Below, in pieces: positions 8,505 through 19,435 of a stretch of DNA of 64,000 bases. Below the pieces are notes generated by a model. That model saw nothing but the letters and a program-made list of their open reading frames with translations. It was not told the DNA's origin and ran no database searches. The stretch spans positions 3,697 to 67,696 of the forward strand of contig CAVZQR010000011.1 of assembly GCA_963777445.1 (NCBI GenBank), in the 5' to 3' direction. The stretch's first letter is position 1, and each line of letters begins with the position of its first letter. Made by a program: the position numbers and the translations under genes. Origin of the DNA: Candidatus Dormiibacterota bacterium (lineage in GTDB: Bacteria; Chloroflexota; Dormibacteria; Aeolococcales; Aeolococcaceae).

Positions 8505-11500
8505 ATGAAGTGTCCCGCATGCGCGGCCGAGAATCGCGCCGGCATCCGGTTCTGCGTGCAGTGCGGCGCGGGGCTGGCGCGGGCGTGCCCGTCATGCGGT
8601 GCCGCCTTCAACGAGGGTGAGCGATTCTGCGGAGAGTGCGGCGCCTCGCTGTCGGGCGACTCCGCACGCTCGAGGCAGGCCGTCGGGCAATCCCAGGTCG
8701 AAACTTCGTCGCGCGTTGCAGAGCGTCGCCACGTCACGGTGCTCTTCGCGGACCTCGTCGGTTTCACCCCATTGTCCCAGCAACGCGACGCGGAGGACGT
8801 GCGCGAACTCCTCAGCCGCTACTTCGATACCGCTCGGACGATCATCACCCGCTACGGCGGTACGGTCGAGAAATTCATCGGCGACGCGGTGATGGCTGTC
8901 TGGGGTGTTCCGGCCGTCCAGGAGAATGACGCCGAGCGAGCGGTGCGCGCCGCCCTGGAATTGGTGGACGCCGTGGCGGCCTTCAGCGACGAGGTCGGCG
9001 CACCCGGGCTGCGCGCCCGCGCGGGTCTGCTGACGGGGGAGGTTGCCATCAACCTCGGCGTCGCCGGCGAGGGGATGGTCGCGGGCGACCTGGTGAACAC
9101 CGCGGCGCGTGTCCAGTCGGTCGCGGAGCCGGGAACGGTCTACGTCGGCGATTCCACGCGACGAGCCACCGAGGCCGCGATCATCTACGACGACGCTGGC
9201 GTGCACGAGCTCAAGGGCAAGCCCGAACCCGAGCGTCTCTGGCGCGCGCGGCATGTGGTGGCTGCAGCGGGCGGTGCACTGCGACCGACGGGGCTGGAAC
9301 CGCCCTTTGTCGGGCGCGACCGCGAGCTGCGCCTGCTCAAGGAGTCATTGCACGCGACGGGGGAGGAGCGCACCGCCCGACTGCTCTCGATCGTCGGCCT
9401 TGCGGGTGTCGGCAAGTCGCGATTGGCGTGGGAATTCTTCAAATACGTTGATGGCGTCACCGAGACGATCTGGTGGCACCGGGGCCGCTGCCTCGCGTAT
9501 GGCGAGGGAGTCGCCTACTGGGCGCTCAACGAGATGGTGCGCATGCGTGCGGGCATCGTCGAGAACGAACCCCCCGAGACTGCGCGTGAGAAGTTGCGCC
9601 GCACCGTCGAGGAATTCGTCGAGTTGGGCGAGGAGCGTCGCTGGGTGGAACCACGGCTCGCCCATCTCGTTGGTCTCGAGGAGCGAGCGGCCGCCGATCC
9701 GCGAGATCTCTACGCCGCGTGGCGGTTCTTCTTCGAGCGCCTCGCAGCGCAGCAGCTCACCGTTCTGGTGTTCGAGGATCTGCAGTGGGCGGATAGCGGC
9801 CTGCTCGACTTCATCGAGTACCTCCTGGAATGGTCGCGCAGCTCGCCCATCCTGGTGGTGACGCTGGCGCGCCCCGAGCTGGCGGAGCGCCGCCCCGGAT
9901 GGGGAACGGGCAAGCGGGGCCTGACCGCCCTCTACCTCGATCCGCTCTCCTCCGACGCGATGTCGCAGTTGCTCGCGGGGATGGCGCCGGGGCTGCCTGA
10001 CGATCTGACCGGGCGCATCCTTGACCGCGCTGCGGGCATCCCGCTTTACGCCGTCGAGACGGTGCGCATGCTGGTTGACCGCGGGATGCTCGTGGAGAAG
10101 GAGGGGACGTTCCACGTCGAGGGCTCGCTGGAGTCGCTCGAGGTTCCCGAGACACTGCACGCGCTCATCGCGGCACGCCTCGACAGCATCGGCGCTCCCG
10201 AGCGCCAGCTTCTCCAGGACGCCGCGGTGCTCGGCAAGTCGTTCACCGCCAGCGGCCTGCGCGCCGTGACCACGCTCCCCGACGACGCAGTCGAGCCATG
10301 CCTCGCGAGCCTGGTCAACAAGGATCTGCTCTCCATCCAGTCGGACCCACGATCGCCGGAGCGCGGCCAGTACGTCTTCGTCCAGGACCTGGTGCGCAGC
10401 GTGGCCTACGGGACCCTGGCACGCCGTGATCGCAAGGCGCGTCACCTCAGTGCGGCGGCCTACCTCGAAAGCTCATGGAGCGAGGAGGAGGGCGTTGCCG
10501 AGGTCATCGCCGCGCACCTCGCCGAGGCGTACGAAGCCGATACGGAAGCCGCTGACGCGTCAGGGCTGCGCGACCGCGCGCGCGACGCGCTCGTTCGGGC
10601 CGGCGACCATGCCGCCTCGCTCGGGGCGGCGGAGTCGGCACAGCGGTACTACGAGCGCGCCCTCGAGCTTGCCGCTCCTGATGACCGCGCCGGCCTGCAC
10701 GTCCTTGCCGGACAGATGGCGTGGCTGCGTGTGGACATCCCCGATGCGCGCCAGCACCTCGAGGAGGCGGTCGTCCTGCATATGGCCGCGGGACGCGTCG
10801 GCGCGGCAGCGCGCGCCTCCATCACCCTCGGCGAGCTCGACAGCCACGAGCTCCAGATGGAGCAGGCTGCCGACCGCATCGAGCGGGCATTCGTGACGCT
10901 GTCCGAGTCGCGGTCGGAAGGTGACGAGTACCAGGCAGATCTCGCCAGGGTGGCCGCAGAGGCCGGCCGCCGCCTCTACTTCGCGGGACGGTCCGCGGAC
11001 ATCGCGATGGAGCGTGTGGAGCTCGCCCTCGGCATCGCCGAGCGAAGTGGCGATGCCGAGGTGTTCTGCCAGGCGATCAACACCAAGGGTCTGATCCTCG
11101 GAGCGCGGGGCCGTCGCGAGGAGGGCCGGGCGCTCATCCGCTGCGCCCTCGACCACGCGCTGGCGTCGCATCTCCACGAGGCGGCGCTCCGCGCCTACAA
11201 CAACCTCGCAGCCGACGTGCAGGCCTCGGATCCAGCGTCGGCCTCAGAGTACGTGCGGGCTGGGATCGCGCTTTCGAAGCTGATGGGGCGCCGCAGGCTG
11301 GAATCGATGCTCACCAACGGGGAGGTGCCGATTCTCATCGACCTCGGCCGCTGGGACGCCGCCATCGTGATCACGTCCGATTTCCTCGAGTCGCCCGAGC
11401 GCTGGGTGGTGGAGTCCGAGCTCGGCTCCGAGGTGGTCTATGGCGTCTGGATCCATCTGTGGCGCGGCGAGCTCGCCGAGGCGCGCCATCTGATCGATCG

Positions 11501-12089
11501 TACGGCAGACCTCTCCGAACGGGCGTCGACCGAAGCCCTGCTGATCCATGACGCGGCCAGGGCTGCCTTGTTGCGTTTCCAGGGGCGCGACGCCGAAGCC
11601 TTGCGGGTCGTCGCCGACACCATCGAACGGGTCAACGACGGGGCCGATTTTCTCGATGTCACCCGCTGGGTCTTCGTCGAGCTGGCCGAAGCCGCATTCG
11701 CCGCAAATGACCTCCAGACCGTCCGGCGCCAGCTCGATGCGGTCACCAGGCGCCTCTCGCCAACCCTGGCGCCGATTCTGCATGCGCAGGCGCGTCGATT
11801 CCGAGCGCGCCTCGCCGCCCTCGAGAATCGCGACGACGAGGTGGTCAGCAACGCGCAGGCGGCCATCGACGCCTTTCAGCAGCGCCAGATGCCCTTCTGG
11901 CTGGCGGTGACTCGCCTCGAGCTCGGCGAGTGGATGGTGCAGCACGGGAAGGCGGACGGCGGAGACAGACTGCTCGCCGATGCCCGGACTGCCTTCACCG
12001 AGCTCGGCGCCACCCCGTGGATCGAGCGGGTCGACGCAGCCGTGCACGGTGGGGGCGCGACGAGCGCGGACACGGCGCTCCCTGCGTGA
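8505..12089 (+). CDS. Double Zn-ribbon / class III nucleotidyl cyclase / STAND AAA ATPase / TPR protein (copy 1)
   Basis: Four CxxC pairs; VLFADLVGFT, EKFIGDAVM, GDLVNTAARV; Walker A GLAGVGKS, Walker B VFEDLQWAD; TPR-like tail. Confidence 0.92.
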   Translation: MKCPACAAENRAGIRFCVQCGAGLARACPSCGAAFNEGERFCGECGASLSGDSARSRQAVGQSQVETSSRVAERRHVTVLFADLVGFTPLSQQRDAEDVRELLSRYFDTARTIITRYGGTVEKFIGDAVMAVWGVPAVQENDAERAVRAALELVDAVAAFSDEVGAPGLRARAGLLTGEVAINLGVAGEGMVAGDLVNTAARVQSVAEPGTVYVGDSTRRATEAAIIYDDAGVHELKGKPEPERLWRARHVVAAAGGALRPTGLEPPFVGRDRELRLLKESLHATGEERTARLLSIVGLAGVGKSRLAWEFFKYVDGVTETIWWHRGRCLAYGEGVAYWALNEMVRMRAGIVENEPPETAREKLRRTVEEFVELGEERRWVEPRLAHLVGLEERAAADPRDLYAAWRFFFERLAAQQLTVLVFEDLQWADSGLLDFIEYLLEWSRSSPILVVTLARPELAERRPGWGTGKRGLTALYLDPLSSDAMSQLLAGMAPGLPDDLTGRILDRAAGIPLYAVETVRMLVDRGMLVEKEGTFHVEGSLESLEVPETLHALIAARLDSIGAPERQLLQDAAVLGKSFTASGLRAVTTLPDDAVEPCLASLVNKDLLSIQSDPRSPERGQYVFVQDLVRSVAYGTLARRDRKARHLSAAAYLESSWSEEEGVAEVIAAHLAEAYEADTEAADASGLRDRARDALVRAGDHAASLGAAESAQRYYERALELAAPDDRAGLHVLAGQMAWLRVDIPDARQHLEEAVVLHMAAGRVGAAARASITLGELDSHELQMEQAADRIERAFVTLSESRSEGDEYQADLARVAAEAGRRLYFAGRSADIAMERVELALGIAERSGDAEVFCQAINTKGLILGARGRREEGRALIRCALDHALASHLHEAALRAYNNLAADVQASDPASASEYVRAGIALSKLMGRRRLESMLTNGEVPILIDLGRWDAAIVITSDFLESPERWVVESELGSEVVYGVWIHLWRGELAEARHLIDRTADLSERASTEALLIHDAARAALLRFQGRDAEALRVVADTIERVNDGADFLDVTRWVFVELAEAAFAANDLQTVRRQLDAVTRRLSPTLAPILHAQARRFRARLAALENRDDEVVSNAQAAIDAFQQRQMPFWLAVTRLELGEWMVQHGKADGGDRLLADARTAFTELGATPWIERVDAAVHGGGATSADTALPA

Positions 12090-12174
12090 CCATCGGGACC
12101 GACGGCGTCTCGCGGCTCTGCCAATTCGCAGACACCTTCCCGAATCTGATCGTCGAGCGGCGCTCGCGCTGCAT

Positions 12175-13950
12175 TCAGTCCGACTCGGTCTGCCCGAACG
12201 TGAGCGATGCGGAGGGGTGGGTCCTGGCCAGCCGTGACTGCGCTCGTCCCAGGGCCGTTGGCGAGAGATTTGCCACCGTCATCGCTTCGACGAAATCGGT
12301 CCCGTTGACCCGGTAGATGCTGCAGGGCGTCAGCGCCGTCACCGTGGCAGTCCGCGGACGATGCTCGAGGAGGCCGATCTCGCCGAAGTAGGTGGGCGGC
12401 GTGAGCACACCGAGTGACCGCACCACGCCGGCCTCGCCCGCGGCAAACACCTCGACCTCGCCGTCGGTGAGGACGAAGAAATCATCCGCGTCGGCGCCCT
12501 CGTGTATGAGCACCGTTCCGGCGCCGATGCGCTCCTCGACTGCGGACCTCGCAATGCGTTCCAGGGCGGCGCGGGTTGCACCGGCGAAGATGTCGAGCGT
12601 CTGCAGGACCGCTATACGCGGTTCAATCGCGGACAGCTCCCGGACCGCTCTGGTGTCCAGAACCCGGATCCAGGGGTATGCGGCGGCGGTCAGCGCGGGG
12701 ATTGCACATCCCATGATCAACAGGGTCGTGTTCAATCCCACGCTGCCGAGCAGGATTGGCATGAGCAGCGCGCCGAGGGAGATCGCCCCGAGCACCAGCG
12801 CAAAGAAGACACCGAACACGCGGGCGACGACGTCGGGGTGGACGAGACGTTGCAGCGCGGTGATCGCGAGCACATCGACGATGATCGTCCCGGCCCCTCG
12901 TATCACCTCCAACAGGAACGCGATCCACGGCGAATGCACAACCGTCAAGAGCGCGGTGGGAAGGCAGTACAACGCCATTCCGATCACGATGATGGCACCG
13001 AGGCGGCGCGCCGCGGCGATGCGATTCATGAATCCCGCCATCAGGATTCCCCCGACTCCCAGCGCGGCAAGGAGGTATCCGTAGCCGCTGCTGCCGGTTC
13101 CCAGTTGGTCCCTGCTCACCACGACGAAGAGCACCGTGTCGGTTCCGTAGACGAAGCTCGCGAGGATGCTGAAGCCCGCCAGCAGCGTTACTGGCGGCGA
13201 TGACACGAACGCCCGGAAGCCGGCGGCCATCTGCTTGAGTGGTCCGGCAGCGCCCCCCTCGGTGATGTCGGAAGCGCGGCTGCGGGTGCGGATCCGGCTG
13301 ACGACCACAGCCGAGAATCCGAAGGTTGCGGCGTTGAGGGCGAACACGACGGCCGGAGGGCTGAACAGGAGCAGCAGGCCGGCAATCGCGGGTCCCACGA
13401 TGATCGAGAGATTCTCGACCGCCGATTGGGCGCTGTTCGCGGCGGCGAGATGCTCCTCACCGACCACCGCCGGCGTGGTTGCCCGGGCCGCCGGATCGTA
13501 TGACGATGTCGTCACCGACGTCAGCGCGGCCAGCACGATCGCCAGGACAACGGGGCCGTTCAGCACGGCGACGATCGCGAGGGCGGTCTGAAGGAGGAGC
13601 GCGCCGGAGTCGAGCGTCACCATGAGGCGTACGCGTTCGATTCGGTCAGCGATCAACCCGCCGAACGGGCTGGCCACGAGTGCCGTGAGGAATCGAGTCA
13701 TCGACGCCGCGGCCACCCATGCCGGTGAGTGCGTGGCGTTGAAGACGAAGACGACGAGGGCGACGTTGTAGGCCCACGATCCGCTCATCGAGATCGTCAG
13801 ACCGCTGAAGAGCAGCCGGTAGTCGCGGATGCCGAACAGCGAGCGGTAGCCGACCCGCGGTGTCGCGTCGCCGATCCGGCGTCCGGTGATCCGGGCCACC
13901 ACGCGGCGTCGGATCGATGGCTTCCTCTCGATTGCGCCGTCAGTCGTCAC
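12175..13950 (-). CDS. MFS transporter fused to C-terminal cyclic-nucleotide-binding domain
   Basis: MFS motif A GGLIADRIER and about 12 TM; cNMP cassette GEVEV...YFGEIGLLEHRPRTATV. Start approximate (GTG 13950 or 13965). Confidence 0.88.
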   Translation of the reverse strand: MTTDGAIERKPSIRRRVVARITGRRIGDATPRVGYRSLFGIRDYRLLFSGLTISMSGSWAYNVALVVFVFNATHSPAWVAAASMTRFLTALVASPFGGLIADRIERVRLMVTLDSGALLLQTALAIVAVLNGPVVLAIVLAALTSVTTSSYDPAARATTPAVVGEEHLAAANSAQSAVENLSIIVGPAIAGLLLLFSPPAVVFALNAATFGFSAVVVSRIRTRSRASDITEGGAAGPLKQMAAGFRAFVSSPPVTLLAGFSILASFVYGTDTVLFVVVSRDQLGTGSSGYGYLLAALGVGGILMAGFMNRIAAARRLGAIIVIGMALYCLPTALLTVVHSPWIAFLLEVIRGAGTIIVDVLAITALQRLVHPDVVARVFGVFFALVLGAISLGALLMPILLGSVGLNTTLLIMGCAIPALTAAAYPWIRVLDTRAVRELSAIEPRIAVLQTLDIFAGATRAALERIARSAVEERIGAGTVLIHEGADADDFFVLTDGEVEVFAAGEAGVVRSLGVLTPPTYFGEIGLLEHRPRTATVTALTPCSIYRVNGTDFVEAMTVANLSPTALGRAQSRLARTHPSASLTFGQTESD

Positions 13951-14101
13951 ATGCAGATGTGTCACCCGAGGGTGGGGGTGGGATTCACCGGCGAAAGCGT
14001 ACTCGCGGCTCGTGCCATCTGCTCGGCGGCGCTCGGCGCCCGCGGACGGCAGGCCGGTGAGCGTTGCGAACGCCGTCGGAGCAGGCCGATACTCTGCGCA
14101 C

Positions 14102-14947
14102 ATGCGGTTGCGCCTCTGCGGGACGCGAGGGTCGACGCCGGCGCCCGGCGTCGATTTCGCCCGTTATGGGGGTCAAACGTCATGCGTGGCGGTGCTTTCG
14201 GATGACGGCCAGTGCCGGCTCATCCTCGACGCCGGCACCGGGTTGCGCCGGCTCCCTGCCGCACTGGGTGGCCAGCCGTTCACCGGCACCATCCTGCTGA
14301 CCCACCTCCACTGGGATCACACCCACGGGTTGCCGTTCTGCCCCGCCGTGGACAACCCCGACGCGCGCACCACGCTGTACATCCCCGAACAACCGGGCGG
14401 TGGCGCCGAGGAGATCCTCGCCCGCGCGATGTCACCGCCGCATTTCCCCATCCGACCGAGCGAGATGCGCGGATCGTGGGAGTTCCTGCATCTCGCGCCC
14501 GGCCGGCACCGGATTGAGGGCTTCGACGTCCTGGCGCTGGAGATTCCGCACAAGGGCGGGCGAACCTTCGGGTACCGGGTTTCGGACGGGCGGCGGGCAA
14601 TCGCATACATGCCGGACCACGCACCGAACGCTCTCGGTCCCGGCGCCCACGAGTTCGGTCCGTATCACGATGCGGCGATGGAGTTGACCAGGGGAGTGGA
14701 CATCCTCTTGCACGATTCGCAATACACCAGTGAGGAGTTCCCCGCGCGAGCACACTTCGGGCACTCCAGCATCGATTACGCGGTGGGCCTTGCCGAACAT
14801 GCCGGTGTCCAGCGGCTGGTGCTCTTCCATCACGACCCGTGGCGATCGGACGCGCAGCTGGACGCCATCATTGAGCACTGGTCGGGCGCCTCGCTCCCGG
14901 TGACCGCGGCGGTCGAATGGGACCTTCTCGACGTCGACAGCCCCTGA
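14102..14947 (+). CDS. MBL-fold metallo-hydrolase, putative cyclic-nucleotide phosphodiesterase
   Basis: GTRGS..RYGGQTSCV, DAGTG, THLHWDH (HxHxDH), PDH, GHS, FHHDP. Confidence 0.85.
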   Translation: MRLRLCGTRGSTPAPGVDFARYGGQTSCVAVLSDDGQCRLILDAGTGLRRLPAALGGQPFTGTILLTHLHWDHTHGLPFCPAVDNPDARTTLYIPEQPGGGAEEILARAMSPPHFPIRPSEMRGSWEFLHLAPGRHRIEGFDVLALEIPHKGGRTFGYRVSDGRRAIAYMPDHAPNALGPGAHEFGPYHDAAMELTRGVDILLHDSQYTSEEFPARAHFGHSSIDYAVGLAEHAGVQRLVLFHHDPWRSDAQLDAIIEHWSGASLPVTAAVEWDLLDVDSP

Positions 14948-15035
14948 TGCCGGCAGCTTTGGCATGTGACCACCGTCGAAGGCTCGGAATCCGCATGGTT
15001 GAGCGCCGCCCGCGGAGAAACGTACCCTTGACGGC

Positions 15036-18000
15036 GTGATCTGCCCTGCCTGCGCTGCCGAGAACCGACCCGGCATGCGCTTCTGCGGCCACTGCGGGAC
15101 GTCACTCAGCCGCGAGTGTCGCGCCTGCGGCGCCAAGAATGACGCCGGCCAGTTGTTCTGCGGGCAGTGCGGAGCGAAGCTCGAGGGCGAGTCTGTCGAG
15201 CGCGAACGGTCGTCGCCGCTCCCTGCGGCGCCGGGCCGGCTCCCCGCCGAACCGTCGCGGCTCGCCTCCGAGCGCCGTCACGTCACCGTGCTGTTCGCCG
15301 ACCTCGTCGGCTTCACCTCGCTGTCGGAGCAGCGTGACGCCGAGGATGTGCGCGAGCTGCTCAGCGAATACTTCGCCACGGCTCGCACGGTTATCGGCCG
15401 CTATGGCGGCACCATCGAGAAGTTCATCGGCGACGCTGTGATGGCGGTGTGGGGCGTCCGCGCCATCCACGAAAACGACGCGGAGCGCGCCGTCCGAGCG
15501 GCCCTCGAGCTCGTCGATGAGGTGGCGGCGTTCGGTGAGCATGCGGGGATCCCCGGGCTCCGAGCCCGAGCCGGCGTGCTCACCGGTGAAGCCGCGGTCA
15601 ACCTCGACGTCGAAGCCGACGGCATGGTCGCGGGAGACCTGGTGAACACCGCGAGCAGGGTGCAGTCGGTTGCGGAGCCGGGCAGTGTCTTCGTCGGCGA
15701 GAGCACTCGAAGCGCGAGCGAGGCCGCGATCGAGTATCACGACGCCGGCACACATCAGCTGAAGGGCAAGCCTGAGCCACTGCGGCTCTGGCGGGCCGCC
15801 CGCGTGATCGCGGGGGCCGGTGGGGCGCTGCGCCCCACCGGCCTCGAGCCACCCTTCGTCGGCCGGGACCGTGAACTGCGGTTGATGAAGGAATTCCTCC
15901 ACGCCACGTCGGCGGAGGGGAGAGCACGGTTGCTCTCGATCGTCGGCCTCGCGGGCGTGGGCAAGTCCAGGCTGGCCTGGGAGTTCTTCAAGTACATCGA
16001 CGGGCTCACGGAGACGATCTGGTATCAGCGCGGCAGATGCCTCGCGTACGGCGAGGGGGTCGCGTTCGCGGCGCTGACCGAGATGGTCCGGATGCGAACC
16101 GGCATTGTGGAGAACGAACCGCTGGAGAGTGCTCGGCAGAAACTGCGCCGGAGCGTCGAGGAGTTCATCCTCGACGGCGAGGAGCGCTCCTGGGTGGAAT
16201 CGCGTGTCGCTCATCTCCTCGGGCTCGAGGAGCGTGCCGGTGCGGACCCTCGTGATCTCTACGCAGCCTGGCGGGTCTTCTTCGAGCGCATCGCCCTGCA
16301 GAACACGACGCTGCTGATCTTCGAGGACCTGCAGTGGGCGGACAGTGGCCTCCTCGACTTCATCGAGTATCTGCTCGAGTGGTCGCGAAACTCCCCGATC
16401 ATGGTGGTGACCCTTGCGCGGCCCGAACTCGGCGAGCGCCGTCCCGGATGGGGCACAGGCAAGCGCGGCCTCACGTCACTCTTCCTCGAACCACTTCCGG
16501 CGGAGGCCATGGCGGAGCTGCTCAGCGGCATGGTGCCGGGACTCCCGCAGGATCTGCGCGCGCTCATCCTCGACCGTGCCGCCGGCGTCCCGCTGTATGC
16601 GGTTGAGACCGTGCGCATGCTCATCGACCAGGGGTTGCTCCTCGAGGAGCTCGGCACGTATCGCGCGCAGGGATCGCTGGATGCACTCGAAGTTCCGGAG
16701 AGCCTGCACGCGCTGATCGCGGCGCGTCTCGACAGCCTCGCGCCGTCCGAGCGGTCACTGCTGCAGGATGCCGCCGTCCTCGGCAAGTCGTTCACCGTAC
16801 CTGCGTTGAGCGCCGTGACCAACATCAACGAATCCGAGGTCGAGGCGGTGCTCACCGCGCTGGTCGGGAAGGACCTCCTCTCGATCCAGTCGGACCCGCG
16901 TTCTCCAGAGCGCGGCCAGTACGTCTTCGTGCAGGACCTGATCCGCAGCGTGGCTCACGGGACCCTGGCCCGCCGGGAGCGCAAGCTGCGCCACCTCGCG
17001 GCCGCCACGTATCTGGCGAGTTCGTGGGCTGAGGAAGAGGAGATCACCGAGGTCGTCGCCGCCCACCTGGTGGACGCGTACGACGCCGACCCCGCCGCCG
17101 CGGACGCCCCGGAAATACGCGACCGCGCCCGGCTTGCGCTCGTGCGTGCGGCCGATCACGCTCGATCGCTCGGCGCGGCTGCGTCGGCCCAGCGCTATTA
17201 CGAGCATGCGCTCGAGCTGAGCGGCGACGACGAGACGCGAGCCGATCTGCATCAGAAAGCGGGCCGATCCGCCCGGCTTCAGGGCCGAGCCACTGAGGTG
17301 AGAACGCACTATGGGGCCGCCCATGCTCTCTACGCCGCCACGGGACGGCCATTGGGCCAGGCAACGACACTGTCCGAACTTGCCACCGCCGAGTTCCAGG
17401 ACGGGAACCTCGCTGGAGCGGTGCAACTCACCAGGGACGCACTTGCCATCGTTCCGGAATCAGGCACGGATGATGAGCACCAGGAAACCTTGGCGGGCAT
17501 CGAGGCGCGTCTCGCGAGGTTCATGTACTTCAACAGCGAATACGAAGCCGCGCTCCCGCACGTGGAGCGCTCGCTACAGATTGCGGAGACCGAGGGTCTG
17601 TGGGAGGTCCTCTGCCAAGGGCTGGATACCAAGGGCTCCATCCTGGCTGCGCGCGGACGCCGCGCGGAGGCCGAGATCCTCATCCGCGGTGCGCTCACCG
17701 TTGCGCTTGAACACGAGCTCACGGAGCGCGCTTCGGGAGCCTGCATCAGCCTGGCCACCACCCTCGAGGAGGACGACCGTCTGGAGCCCTCCCTCGAGCT
17801 CTACGCCCAGGCGGAAGCGCTCTTGCAACGGCTGGGAAACCGCCCGAACGCCGCCGGCGCCCGGCTGAATCGCATCCAGGGGCTTCTCGAGCTGGGGCGC
17901 TGGGATGAGGTCGCGGCAATCTTCGCCGACTATCTCGAGGCCGACGCTGAAGACCTCGGATCTCGTATCTGGCCGGGGGCTGTCGCGATCAATGCGGCGT

Positions 18001-18639
18001 GGCTCTACCTTCTCCGCGGCGACACACCCTCGGCGCGGCGTCTGGTCGAGGCGGGCGCGCCGATCGTCGAGCACGCTCAACTCGAGATGCGTTCCCAGCA
18101 CCAGGCCGCGCTCGCCGGCGTTGCCAACGCCCAAGGGGACCATGTGCTCGCGCTGCTCACCGCGGAGCCGGTGCTCCGCGCCTGCATCGACGAGTCCTTT
18201 CCGGTGGGAATGAGGTCGGCACTCATCGAGGCGGTGGAGGCCGCCTTCCAGCTGGGCCAGGTTTCCAAGGTCGAGGAGCTGCTCCAGCTCGTTCGCGACA
18301 GCTTCCGCCCCGGGCGCCAGCCGTCGGTTGACGCTCACATCCTGAGGTGGGAGGCACGCATTGCGGCGCAGCGCGATGACCTGGAGGGCGCCCGGAGCAA
18401 ATTCGCGGCCGCGATCGAGGCGTTCACCAAATTGCAGCGCCCCTTCTGGATCGCGGTGACGCGTTGTGAGTTCGGCGAGATCCTGGTCGCTCAGGGCCGC
18501 GAGCACGACGCGGACGAGCTGCTGACCAGCGCCCGCGCCACCTTCGAACAGCTCGGCCGCAACGCCATGGCTGCACCGGGCGCGATCAGCCGTGCGGCGA
18601 GTGGGTGCCGGAATGGAGCCCGCGACCCTGGCGCAGTGA
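15036..18639 (+). CDS. Double Zn-ribbon / class III cyclase / STAND ATPase / TPR protein (copy 2), apparent +1 frameshift near 18557
   Basis: Same motifs as copy 1. Removing one C at 18557-18558 restores LGATPWL (copy 1 has LGATPWI) and a stop at 18637-18639; as given the ORF runs to 18665. Confidence 0.9.
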
Positions 18640-18661
18640 CAACGTCGCCTGCCGCGCGCGG

Positions 18662-19399
18662 CTAGCGGAAACGCTGAGCGTCCGAGGCGGCGTAGCGGGT
18701 CACGACGGCGTCGACGCCCGAGGTGCGCTCGACCAGCTCGGTGACGTCCGCCGCGGCCGCGGCGGGAATGGCGCAGGTGAGCGTGTGTGCTCCCATACCG
18801 GTGCGAGCGCGGCTCAGGGCGCATCCAACGGAGGCTGCCACGCGGCCGTGCTCATGAGCCACCGCGATGATGTGGCACTGGGGCTTCCCCTCGATCCGCA
18901 GCTCCGGAATCGCGTCGCTCATCACCATCATCCCCTGCGCGTTGAGGCGCAGCAGGATGACGCTCGGGTCCACCGGCGTGTCGGCGAGTGGCCCGTAGGT
19001 GATCAGCGCAGGTCGCTTGGTCACCGCCGGGATACCGGGAAACGCTTCCGGGCTCACCCAGCCTGACTCGACCAGGGCGGCGACATCGGCATTCGCGGCC
19101 GCCTCCTCGAGACTGAGCAGGCCGTGGGTGTAGCTGCCCACGCTGCAGTTGGCGTGATCCGCCGGCTCGGTGCTGAACGTGCGCTCGGCCGCATGCATCC
19201 AGAACACGCAGCCGGCCGCCACTCGCCCGGTGCGTCCGTCCGGTGTCGGCGCCGGCATCGCCGTATCGAACGCGGGGACGTCATCGCGCGGCGCGTCGAG
19301 GAACGTGATCGCGATTGGCGCAGCCAGCGGGTGCAGCGCGTTGGTGAGGCGTTCGGCCAGTTCCGGCCATGAGGTGCGGGGGCGAGGCGTGCTGGTCAC
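18662..19399 (-). CDS. DUF169-family Cys-rich protein
   Basis: PIAITF, AAGCVFW, DHANCSVG, GKPQCHII, SVGCALSRARTG. Confidence 0.75.
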   Translation of the reverse strand: MTSTPRPRTSWPELAERLTNALHPLAAPIAITFLDAPRDDVPAFDTAMPAPTPDGRTGRVAAGCVFWMHAAERTFSTEPADHANCSVGSYTHGLLSLEEAAANADVAALVESGWVSPEAFPGIPAVTKRPALITYGPLADTPVDPSVILLRLNAQGMMVMSDAIPELRIEGKPQCHIIAVAHEHGRVAASVGCALSRARTGMGAHTLTCAIPAAAAADVTELVERTSGVDAVVTRYAASDAQRFR

Positions 19400-19435
19400 G
19401 CGCCAATGATGCCTGACGGTCCCGTCGAAACGGCC

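Noticed and set aside
8505-18639. Calling the cyclase cluster canonical Pycsar, CBASS or Avs
   Set aside because: The architecture differs (cyclase-STAND-TPR with an MFS effector), and there is no defence-island context or compositional anomaly; kept only as an analogy.
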